From Eledone cirrhosa (Eukaryota): DNA of 64,000 bases. Positions within the stretch are counted from its first letter, which is position 1, and the number at the start of each line of letters is the position of its first letter. The stretch covers positions 309,876,001-309,940,000 of the forward strand of contig OZ024742.1 in NCBI GenBank assembly GCA_964016885.1, given 5' to 3'. The translations under genes and the position numbers were made by a program. The notes below the pieces were generated by a model. The model saw only the letters and a list, made by a program, of their open reading frames with translations. It was not told where the DNA came from and did no database searches. Below, piece by piece: positions 1-9,157 of this stretch.

Positions 1-27
1 ATCATAATATCATAAACCACCCGTTCT

Positions 28-55
28 CCCCTCTCTCTCTCTATATATATATATG

Positions 56-86
<31 letters not shown>

Positions 87-103
87 ATACATATATATAT
101 ACA

Positions 104-175
<72 letters not shown>

Positions 176-177
176 CA

Positions 178-238
<61 letters not shown>

Positions 239-265
239 GTGTATATATATATACATATACATACA
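28..265. repeat. (TC)n/(TA)n compound microsatellite
   Basis: Direct inspection; the ORFs over this tract are low-complexity artefacts. Confidence 0.95.
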
Positions 266-459
266 TCTAGTTACCAAGGGCCAGTAGGTTCAGTTCACTT
301 CTGTAAACACTGGGAGAAACCAGTGTAATTTGATGAGTACAACGAAAGTTTGTATCCCTCGGTTGAGCTGAATATGTGTGTGAAACCCTCCCCTTAGTTT
401 AGCTTAGTGAAGGATTGGCTTATTAATTGAGATTTGATTATTCTTTGTGATTGTGGAGT

Positions 460-637
<178 letters not shown>

Positions 638-696
638 CTTTATATTTATCTAGCTATCTATTGGTATGTCAGCCTATCTGTTTGTCTATCTATCTA

Positions 697-1083
697 TAGA
701 GAGGTGCTACACCCCAGCCGTTTTTATGAAAGATGGGTGAAAGTGGCGAGAATGGCCCGTGTGAATGGGCCTTCACTCTACATCAGACTATAGGTGAGGA
801 AGATGAAAGACCAAGGGAGCACCCCTTCTCTGTGCTCCTGAGGAGAAGGGTTGCACACTTTTTTTCGGGAGTGTGTGCGACCCCCCAAGGCGCCTCCTCT
901 CTATTGAGGACTTTGTTATAAATTTTATTTTTTGTTATATTTTATTTTATTTTTATATATTGTTATTGCCTCCTCCTTATTGAGGACGCCTTGTTTTGTA
1001 AACTCCCCCCATTGTACATGTCCCGCTTTTGATGCCCTGGTGGCAAATAAAAGAAACATATCTATCTATCTATCTATCTATCT
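697..1083 (+). mobile_element. 5'-truncated 3' end of a sister Tx1-like LINE family (stub 1)
   Basis: Encodes REVLHPSRFYERWVKVARMARVNGPSLYIRL*, homologous to the ORF2 C-terminus of the main family (REVLGPRQFYERWVKEARMARVNGPSLYIVL*). It has a related 3' UTR, an AATAAA and a (TCTA)5 tail, and is preceded by (TCTA)3. Confidence 0.9.
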
Positions 1084-1285
1084 TGATAGAGTAAGACACG
1101 CTTCGCATCGGCTCCGCTATTCCATCGGGATTTACCCTTACCATTGTAAGTACCGGATAAATTTTTTAGTGCAACACATTTGGAACACTAACCCCTGTTA
1201 TTTAGGGAAACATTTTTGCATTTACCCCCTTTTTAGGGGGTAAAATAAATATCTATTTTTGCCGAAAAATTTCTTTCTTGGCAGC

Positions 1286-3121
1286 ATGGCGGAAAAGATG
1301 GCAGACATGTCTGCCATTAGCTCTGCCACGCCCCCCAAGTCTGAAGAACAAAAAGTAATTACAACAAAATTAGACATTGAAACAAACAAACAAAATGAAA
1401 AAACAAATGTTAAGGAAAATGAGCAAACAGAAAACAAACAAACAGAAAATAATACAAATAACGACAGGGCAACTTTCGCCCAGAAAACAAAACAATCCAT
1501 TACATACACACCAATTGACCTAACTGCCGCCAGAGAAAAACTGGCCGAAGCAAAGAAACACATTGTTTTGGGGGAGAACGGAATGTTTTCCATTAACTCC
1601 CCCCCAGAATTCAAGAAAGCCAGAGCAGAAAACACAGTTCTATACAGAACTATACTGAACCAGACAAGAAAGCCAGCACAGCCCAGCCAAATGGAAATAG
1701 AGTTAGTCCTAAAAGACTATATGAAGAATATTCTCTTCATACGAAAGGACCGACTCTATGGCAGCATTTCGGTCCTAACAAGAGACAAAGAAACGGCGGA
1801 GAAGCTTTCCCTAAGCCCACTCTCGTCGACAACATATAGCTTCTATCCCTCCTACATGGGTAGAAGAACACAGAGAGTAAAAGTAAAAACAATGCTGCCC
1901 ACAATGGACTTCTGGTGGGCTATTGCTGGCTTCATTGATATGGGCGAAGACACTATGCTGTCAATGGGGAAGGCAACTGGAGATGCGTTCCTGGGAATGG
2001 GCCTCGACATACTAGTCCAAATGAGGCCCGAAAGAATAGCACAAATCCCGGATCACATCTGGCTGGATGACCTTACCCCAATAGACATAATTGTAGAGGG
2101 GAGAAGACCAGCATGCTATTTATGCATGGAAAGGGGACACGTTAAGGCTAACTGCCCGAAACGTATCCCCCAAAAAGGACTATTGCCCACACCCACCACA
2201 AACAGTACACCAGCACCACCCACCTCCAAAAATACACTAATACCACACACAGCAAACAAAATACAGACACCACCAACCACAAACACAACACAAACATCAC
2301 CACCACCAGCACCAAACACAAGCACGACACAAAAATCACCACCACCAACCACAACACAAACATCACCACCACCATTACCAACCACAAGCACGACACAAAC
2401 ATTACCACCACCACCACCACAAAACCCATTCCAAACAAATAATAAAAAAAACAGTAACAAATCTACCCCTCCCGCAAAAAAAAAACAACCACACAACACG
2501 TCCCTCCCACCTAGCGCTGAAGAGTTTCCCCCAACTTCTGAAGAAGAAGGAGGAGAAGCCTTCAGACAAGTTAAAAGAAAAAAAAGAAAACACACACCCA
2601 GCACACCACAAATAACCCACACACAAACACCAACTCCAATCAAAAACACCCCACCCTCAACAAACAAAAATAAATCTGCGCCTCCCCTCTCCGAAACATT
2701 GACAGCATCACAAAAAAAGACGTTGCAATACACATATATAAATAAAGAAAACAAAAAACTGGTTAAATTAATAAACAATAACCCTATGGTGCAGACCGAA
2801 GGGCCAAACTTTATCTCAACAGAGAACTTCACCCATTTAAAAATGATAAAGGTCCCTCTGGACCTTTATCGTTCCTTAAAAGAACAATTTAGACGGGACG
2901 TGAGCCCCCCCTGTTTAAAACCGTTGAATCGCGTCCTCTTGAAAGATTTCCCCATAACCGCCCCTCTCCCTGACACAACTCCAAATACCCCAACCCCACC
3001 ACACACGTGTACCCCCACACCACCACAAAACATCCCTCCACCCAACACACCTGATGCCATGGAAATTACGCCACCCGGAGAGGTAAGTGCTTTTCTTTCT
3101 TCACTTTCAACACCAAAATAG
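1286..3121 (+). CDS. ORF1p, gag-like nucleic-acid-binding protein (copy 1)
   Basis: CX2CX4HX4C zinc knuckle (CYLCMERGHVKANC), Pro/Thr-rich low-complexity region and basic KRKKRK. First ATG at 1286 (GCAGCATGG); the ORF track starts at an upstream TTG. Confidence 0.88.
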   Translation: MAEKMADMSAISSATPPKSEEQKVITTKLDIETNKQNEKTNVKENEQTENKQTENNTNNDRATFAQKTKQSITYTPIDLTAAREKLAEAKKHIVLGENGMFSINSPPEFKKARAENTVLYRTILNQTRKPAQPSQMEIELVLKDYMKNILFIRKDRLYGSISVLTRDKETAEKLSLSPLSSTTYSFYPSYMGRRTQRVKVKTMLPTMDFWWAIAGFIDMGEDTMLSMGKATGDAFLGMGLDILVQMRPERIAQIPDHIWLDDLTPIDIIVEGRRPACYLCMERGHVKANCPKRIPQKGLLPTPTTNSTPAPPTSKNTLIPHTANKIQTPPTTNTTQTSPPPAPNTSTTQKSPPPTTTQTSPPPLPTTSTTQTLPPPPPQNPFQTNNKKNSNKSTPPAKKKQPHNTSLPPSAEEFPPTSEEEGGEAFRQVKRKKRKHTPSTPQITHTQTPTPIKNTPPSTNKNKSAPPLSETLTASQKKTLQYTYINKENKKLVKLINNNPMVQTEGPNFISTENFTHLKMIKVPLDLYRSLKEQFRRDVSPPCLKPLNRVLLKDFPITAPLPDTTPNTPTPPHTCTPTPPQNIPPPNTPDAMEITPPGEVSAFLSSLSTPK

Positions 3122-3126
3122 ATCAA

Positions 3127-6100
3127 TTGAGAGTTGGCTGTTTGAACGCGCGTGGCCTGAGCTCAGCTTGGAAGCAAGCAAAGCTTCTAAGTGACCTCAG
3201 GTCACAAAGTATAGATGTGATGGTTGTTTGCGAGAGTCGGATCAGCAGCGTGAGACAGCTGGCGCCCGCCTTCGATGACTTTGAGATGCACGCATCTCTC
3301 TGTCAACCCGGAGGCGGGGGGGGAGTTGCCGTACTGCTGGATAAACGTCTGACTCTCGACGTACAGATTGTTCACTCGGACCCGGGGGGTCGATTACTGG
3401 TGCTGGACGTCGGAGGTGGTGAAGGCGGGGCTTTCAGACTGGTCGGTCTTTATGCTCCCTTCGGGGCGGAGAGAGCCGACTTCTTCCAACGTCTGGAGAC
3501 TTTTCTAGGAACGTCGCGTTCCCTGCTTTTAGTGGGGGACTGGAATGGAATCCTAGATGCGCGTTGGGACTATGCAGGGGCATGTCCCGATAGAGGGGGG
3601 TGTAGCAGCCTCAAGGGGTTACTCGATCGATTCGACCTGGTCGATAGATTTCGACTAGATTGTCCAACTGCGCCAACCTGGACCTGGGCAAACCGCAGTG
3701 GACAATCTAGATCGTACCTAGATAGGTTTTTGGTTAGGAGTAAGGATAGGGACGTATTTAGTTGTCCAGAACTGATCATGGTTGGCTATTCAGATCACAA
3801 ATTAGTGACCTGCGTGGTCAACCTTGATAGAACGCATAGACAGGGTCCCGGTTACTGGAAGATGAACTTGTCCTTACCGACAAAGAAAGATTACAGAAAC
3901 CGGATTAGTAGCTTAGTTAAGATGCGGTTGACGGGAGCGATCGTCAACAGTAGGTGGTGGATATCTCTAAAGAGAGAGATTAGAGTAAGTTCGATAGGTT
4001 ACAGTAAGGAACTAGCGGCGAATACAAATAGGAGGGAAAGGGAGTTAACAGATAAACTAGAAGAGGCGATTAGGAGCGGAGACGTAGCCAGAGTGTTAGC
4101 GACGAGAACGGCATTGAGCCAGTTCTTTGACGCGAAGCACGAAGGCTGCGTTGTCCGAAGTAAAATACGTGCTTTAGGAAACGAGGGGACCAAAGCTGTT
4201 AGCTGGGCCCGCGTGACAGAAGCCAAGAGTGGGATTAAATCCACCATTCGGTCTTTGCGAGACCAGGATGGACGGGTGATCCTTGAACCTGAGCGAATGT
4301 GCGAGACCTTTCAAAGGCACTTTGCTCGACTGTTCGGAGGTGGCGGGGGGCCGGACGGGGATGTGGACTTCGGTCCATACCTCGACGGTCTACCGCGTCT
4401 TTCGAGCGGCGAAGCGGAGTGCTGCGAAGGGCCAATCACAGCCACTGAAATCGGGGAAGCGCTCAGCCAATGCAGCAGACGCAAATCCCCGGGTCTCGAT
4501 GGTCTACCATACGAACTTTATTTAGCTATGCCGGTCTTGTTCTCCGAACTCCTCGAGGCTGTCTATTGCAACTGGCAACAGAACGGGAGAATTCCCTGTT
4601 CTGTGACCAAGGGCGTGGTCACGCTAGTGAGGAAGGACGAGAGCAAGGGGGACGACTTAAGTAACTTTAGGCCCATAACTCTGCTGAATGCAGAGTTACA
4701 GATTTTGGCCAAGGTGTTGACGAAGAGGTTGGCGCTTGTGGTGGGTGGTTTGGTGGGAGACGCGCAGACATGCGCTATCCCGTCCAGGTCCATTCACGAC
4801 AACCTCCACCTCATGCGATACATCATAGAGAGGGTTGGCTACGAACCCGGCTTTGGTGGGGCCCTGATCAACTTGGATCAATCTAAGGCGTTCGATAGGG
4901 TCGACCATGGTTACCTGGATGCGGTGCTAGCGGCGGCGGGCTTCGGACCCGTTTTCAGGGGCTGGATTTCTGCCATGCACAGTGGCAACATCTACTCTAG
5001 GATTAAAGTAAACGGCTACCTCTCGGAGCCGTTTCAAATCACCCGATCCATCAGACAGGGGTGCCCCCTCTCCTCCCTTCTGTACGTATTGACTCTCGAG
5101 CCACTGCTGCGGAAGTTGGAGTTGCTGCGGGGCATACCCCTGGAACCGGGATTGCACAAAGCGGTCTCGGCCTATGCCGATGACGTAACAGTAATGGTGG
5201 CGGACGCCTCGGAAATCGGGGCGATCGCCACCCTACTGGAGGAATACGAAAGGCTGACGGGGGCTAAGCTGAACCAGGACAAGTCAGTCGGTTTGCAACT
5301 CGGAACGTGGAGGGGCAAACCGATGCCGTTAGACGGTGTCGTCGGGCGGTGGACGGAGGGCCCGGTGAAGCTGCTCGGGGTCTGGTTCGGACCGGACCTC
5401 CAGGTGGAGAAGAATTGGGGCGAGGTGACGAGCAGGGTGTTTGCGCTGACCCAGAAGTGGGCCAAGTGCAAACTATCACTGAAAGGTCGGGCGGAGGTGA
5501 CGAACGCTTACATAGCGTCCGTCATCTACTACCGCCTGACCGTCGTGCCTTGCCCCAAGGAAAAGCTCACCATCATGGAACGCATGCTCTTCCAGTTCCT
5601 CTGGAAGAAGCGGCCTCCCATGGTGAGGAGATCCATCTGCTGCCAGCACCCTTCGAAAGGAGGGCTGGGTATGCCGTGGCTGTTGATGCGTAGGCACGCA
5701 TTGAGGCTACGGCATCTACAGGTATTCCTCAACGGTCAGCCGGTGTGGGCCCCGTTTGTGAGGCGAGCCTTCCCACAGCTCGTCTCGCTCACCGAACTGC
5801 AATCCTGGGTGAAGCAAAGACCGAGAAAAATGGGCAACTGGCACACTGAGTGTGCCCAGGCGCTCACGGCTATCTGGCAAGCGGACCCGACTGTCAGTGG
5901 AGAATCCACCTCGACATTCTATAGAGGGTTGGTGGCTAGCAGGGGCGACGACACCCTTGGAGAGTCGCTAGGCATGGAGGAGGACGAACTGGCCAGCCTG
6001 TTCGGTAGAACTTTCGGCCCGGGACCCATGGACAACTTCCAGAGGTCCCTAGCCTGGCAGTGTTACCGGGGGGCTCTGCCCGTTCGAGAAAAGCTCTACA

Positions 6101-6555
6101 GACACGGGCGCCCGGGCAGGGATCCCGCGAAAAAGATCTGTCCCAGATGCGTGCGCGACGAGGAAACCGTTGCGCATGCACTGGTACACTGCCCGGGCGT
6201 TGCCGATCTGTGGGGCTACGTCGAACGACTGCTGTCGCGTGTGGCGCCGATTCGATTAACCGCCGAGTCTGTGGTGAACATCAAGCCGCCTCCTCCCTTC
6301 AGAAATGAAGCAGAGGCGGTCTTTCTGTGCGTAATAGCCATGATGAAAGAGGTTGTGTGGTGGACGCGCCTGAAAGGTCTGAGGTCGGGTGACTTTCTCT
6401 CCGGCCATCACCTGGTTTACTTCTTCCGATACCACTTCGGAAGAAGAATCAGGATGGAGAGAGAAGTGCTTGGTCCCAGACAGTTTTATGAAAGGTGGGT
6501 GAAAGAAGCGAGAATGGCCCGTGTAAATGGGCCTTCTCTCTACATTGTTCTGTAG
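3127..6555 (+). CDS. ORF2p: APE endonuclease + reverse transcriptase + C-terminal zinc finger (copy 1)
   Basis: Endonuclease motifs LNARGL, CESR, LYAP, GDWN, YLDRF, SDH. RT motifs KSPGLDG, FRPITLLN, LDQSKAFDRV, IRQGCPLS, YADD. C-terminal CPRC..ETVAHALVHC. Annotated start is TTG, not ATG. Confidence 0.95.
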   Translation: MRVGCLNARGLSSAWKQAKLLSDLRSQSIDVMVVCESRISSVRQLAPAFDDFEMHASLCQPGGGGGVAVLLDKRLTLDVQIVHSDPGGRLLVLDVGGGEGGAFRLVGLYAPFGAERADFFQRLETFLGTSRSLLLVGDWNGILDARWDYAGACPDRGGCSSLKGLLDRFDLVDRFRLDCPTAPTWTWANRSGQSRSYLDRFLVRSKDRDVFSCPELIMVGYSDHKLVTCVVNLDRTHRQGPGYWKMNLSLPTKKDYRNRISSLVKMRLTGAIVNSRWWISLKREIRVSSIGYSKELAANTNRRERELTDKLEEAIRSGDVARVLATRTALSQFFDAKHEGCVVRSKIRALGNEGTKAVSWARVTEAKSGIKSTIRSLRDQDGRVILEPERMCETFQRHFARLFGGGGGPDGDVDFGPYLDGLPRLSSGEAECCEGPITATEIGEALSQCSRRKSPGLDGLPYELYLAMPVLFSELLEAVYCNWQQNGRIPCSVTKGVVTLVRKDESKGDDLSNFRPITLLNAELQILAKVLTKRLALVVGGLVGDAQTCAIPSRSIHDNLHLMRYIIERVGYEPGFGGALINLDQSKAFDRVDHGYLDAVLAAAGFGPVFRGWISAMHSGNIYSRIKVNGYLSEPFQITRSIRQGCPLSSLLYVLTLEPLLRKLELLRGIPLEPGLHKAVSAYADDVTVMVADASEIGAIATLLEEYERLTGAKLNQDKSVGLQLGTWRGKPMPLDGVVGRWTEGPVKLLGVWFGPDLQVEKNWGEVTSRVFALTQKWAKCKLSLKGRAEVTNAYIASVIYYRLTVVPCPKEKLTIMERMLFQFLWKKRPPMVRRSICCQHPSKGGLGMPWLLMRRHALRLRHLQVFLNGQPVWAPFVRRAFPQLVSLTELQSWVKQRPRKMGNWHTECAQALTAIWQADPTVSGESTSTFYRGLVASRGDDTLGESLGMEEDELASLFGRTFGPGPMDNFQRSLAWQCYRGALPVREKLYRHGRPGRDPAKKICPRCVRDEETVAHALVHCPGVADLWGYVERLLSRVAPIRLTAESVVNIKPPPPFRNEAEAVFLCVIAMMKEVVWWTRLKGLRSGDFLSGHHLVYFFRYHFGRRIRMEREVLGPRQFYERWVKEARMARVNGPSLYIVL

Positions 6556-6793
6556 GTGAAGAAGTGAAGAGGAAAGGGGGAGCGCCTCCTCTCTGGGCTT
6601 CCCCCGCGAAAAGAGTTGCACACTTTTCGGGGGTATGTGCAATCCCCAACACGCCCCCTCCCTTTTGAGGACTTTTTATTGTTATATTATTATTGTTATT
6701 CCTTTTTTCTTTACTCGATTTATGTAAACTCCCCCACTGTGTAAATGTCCCCTTCTTTTGTGCCCTCGTGGCAAATAAATAGAAATTTATCTA

Positions 6794-7180
6794 TAGAGAG
6801 GTGCTACACCCCAGCCGTTTTTATGAAAGATGGGTGAAAGTGGCGAGAATGGCCCGTGTGAATGGGCCTTCACTCTACATCAGACTATAGGTGAGGAAGA
6901 TGAAAGACCAAGGGAGCACCCCTTCTCTGTGCTCCTGAGGAGAAGGGTTGCACACTTTTTTTCGGGAGTGTGTGCGACCCCCCAAGGCGCCTCCTCTCTA
7001 TTGAGGACTTTGTTATAAATTTTATTTTTTGTTATATTTTATTTTATTTTTATATATTGTTATTGCCTCCTCCTTATTGAGGACGCCTTGTTTTGTAAAC
7101 TCCCCCCATTGTACATGTCCCGCTTTTGATGCCCTGGTGGCAAATAAAAGAAACATATCTATCTATCTATCTATCTATCT
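6794..7180 (+). mobile_element. Sister-family 3' stub, copy 2
   Basis: Same sequence, truncation point and (TCTA) tail as 697-1083 at an offset of 6097 bp. Confidence 0.9.
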
Positions 7181-7382
7181 TGATAGAGTAAGACACGCTT
7201 CGCATCGGCTCCGCTATTCCATCGGGATTTACCCTTACCATTGTAAGTACCGGATAAATTTTTTAGTGCAACACATTTGGAACACTAACCCCTGTTATTT
7301 AGGGAAACATTTTTGCATTTACCCCCTTTTTAGGGGGTAAAATAAATATCTATTTTTGCCGAAAAATTTCTTTCTTGGCAGC

Positions 7383-9152
7383 ATGGCGGAAAAGATGGCA
7401 GACATGTCTGCCATTAGCTCTGCCACGCCCCCCAAGTCTGAAGAACAAAAAGTAATTACAACAAAATTAGACATTGAAACAAACAAACAAAATGAAAAAA
7501 CAAATGTTAAGGAAAATGAGCAAACAGAAAACAAACAAACAGAAAATAATACAAATAACGACAGGGCAACTTTCGCCCAGAAAACAAAACAATCCATTAC
7601 ATACACACCAATTGACCTAACTGCCGCCAGAGAAAAACTGGCCGAAGCAAAGAAACACATTGTTTTGGGGGAGAACGGAATGTTTTCCATTAACTCCCCC
7701 CCAGAATTCAAGAAAGCCAGAGCAGAAAACACAGTTCTATACAGAACTATACTGAACCAGACAAGAAAGCCAGCACAGCCCAGCCAAATGGAAATAGAGT
7801 TAGTCCTAAAAGACTATATGAAGAATATTCTCTTCATACGAAAGGACCGACTCTATGGCAGCATTTCGGTCCTAACAAGAGACAAAGAAACGGCGGAGAA
7901 GCTTTCCCTAAGCCCACTCTCGTCGACAACATATAGCTTCTATCCCTCCTACATGGGTAGAAGAACACAGAGAGTAAAAGTAAAAACAATGCTGCCCACA
8001 ATGGACTTCTGGTGGGCTATTGCTGGCTTCATTGATATGGGCGAAGACACTATGCTGTCAATGGGGAAGGCAACTGGAGATGCGTTCCTGGGAATGGGCC
8101 TCGACATACTAGTCCAAATGAGGCCCGAAAGAATAGCACAAATCCCGGATCACATCTGGCTGGATGACCTTACCCCAATAGACATAATTGTAGAGGGGAG
8201 AAGACCAGCATGCTATTTATGCATGGAAAGGGGACACGTTAAGGCTAACTGCCCGAAACGTATCCCCCAAAAAGGACTATTGCCCACACCCACCACAAAC
8301 AGTACACCAGCACCACCCACCTCCAAAAATACACTAATACCACACACAGCAAACAAAATACAGACACCACCAACCACAAACACAACACAAACATCACCAC
8401 CACCATCACCAACCACAAGCACGACACAAACATTACCACCACCACCACCACAAAACCCATTCCAAACAAATAATAAAAAAAACAGTAACAAATCTACCCC
8501 TCCCGCAAAAAAAAAACAACCACACAACACGTCCCTCCCACCTAGCGCTGAAGAGTTTCCCCCAACTTCTGAAGAAGAAGGAGGAGAAGCCTTCAGACAA
8601 GTTAAAAGAAAAAAAAGAAAACACACACCCAGCACACCACAAATAACCCACACACAAACACCAACTCCAATCAAAAACACCCCACCCTCAACAAACAAAA
8701 ATAAATCTGCGCCTCCCCTCTCCGAAACATTGACAGCATCACAAAAAAAGACGTTGCAATACACATATATAAATAAAGAAAACAAAAAACTGGTTAAATT
8801 AATAAACAATAACCCTATGGTGCAGACCGAAGGGCCAAACTTTATCTCAACAGAGAACTTCACCCATTTAAAAATGATAAATGTCCCTCTGGACCTTTAT
8901 CGTTCCTTAAAAGAACAATTTAGACGGGACGTGAGCCCCCCCTGTTTAAAACCGTTGAATCGCGTCCTCTTGAAAGATTTCCCCATAACCGCCCCTCTCC
9001 CTGACACAACTCCAAATACCCCAACCCCACCACACACGTGTACCCCCACACCACCACAAAACATCCCTCCACCCAACACACCTGATGCCATGGAAATTAC
9101 GCAACCCGGAGAGGTAAGTGCTTTTCTTTCTTCACTTTCAACACCAAAATAG
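7383..9152 (+). CDS. ORF1p (copy 2)
   Basis: As copy 1, but lacking a 66-nt Pro/Thr repeat. Confidence 0.88.
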   Translation: MAEKMADMSAISSATPPKSEEQKVITTKLDIETNKQNEKTNVKENEQTENKQTENNTNNDRATFAQKTKQSITYTPIDLTAAREKLAEAKKHIVLGENGMFSINSPPEFKKARAENTVLYRTILNQTRKPAQPSQMEIELVLKDYMKNILFIRKDRLYGSISVLTRDKETAEKLSLSPLSSTTYSFYPSYMGRRTQRVKVKTMLPTMDFWWAIAGFIDMGEDTMLSMGKATGDAFLGMGLDILVQMRPERIAQIPDHIWLDDLTPIDIIVEGRRPACYLCMERGHVKANCPKRIPQKGLLPTPTTNSTPAPPTSKNTLIPHTANKIQTPPTTNTTQTSPPPSPTTSTTQTLPPPPPQNPFQTNNKKNSNKSTPPAKKKQPHNTSLPPSAEEFPPTSEEEGGEAFRQVKRKKRKHTPSTPQITHTQTPTPIKNTPPSTNKNKSAPPLSETLTASQKKTLQYTYINKENKKLVKLINNNPMVQTEGPNFISTENFTHLKMINVPLDLYRSLKEQFRRDVSPPCLKPLNRVLLKDFPITAPLPDTTPNTPTPPHTCTPTPPQNIPPPNTPDAMEITQPGEVSAFLSSLSTPK

Positions 9153-9157
9153 ATCAA

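Larger units (their letters stand above)
1084..6793 (+). mobile_element. Full-length L1-Tx1-like non-LTR retrotransposon, copy 1
   Basis: 5' end TGATAGAGTAAG is shared by all four copies. Contains ORF1, ORF2 and a 3' UTR ending AATAAATAGAAATT followed by TATCTA. Confidence 0.93.

Noticed and set aside
325-380. TTGATGA..GAAA hammerhead-like core
   Set aside because: No consistent stem I, stem III or NUH triplet
1221-1244. LINE 5' UTR hairpin CCCT-TTTT-AGGG as a histone stem-loop
   Set aside because: It lacks the basal GG/CC pairs and the ACCA, and it lies in a 5' UTR
2116-2832. 238-aa antisense ORF and other short ORFs overlapping the LINE copies
   Set aside because: Shadow ORFs caused by the A/C-rich ORF1 and GC-rich ORF2; no recognisable motifs
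3083-3121. 39-nt intron fusing ORF1 to ORF2
   Set aside because: Removing it keeps the ORF1 frame and reads ATC AAT TGA, so there is no fusion; it is also very short for an intron
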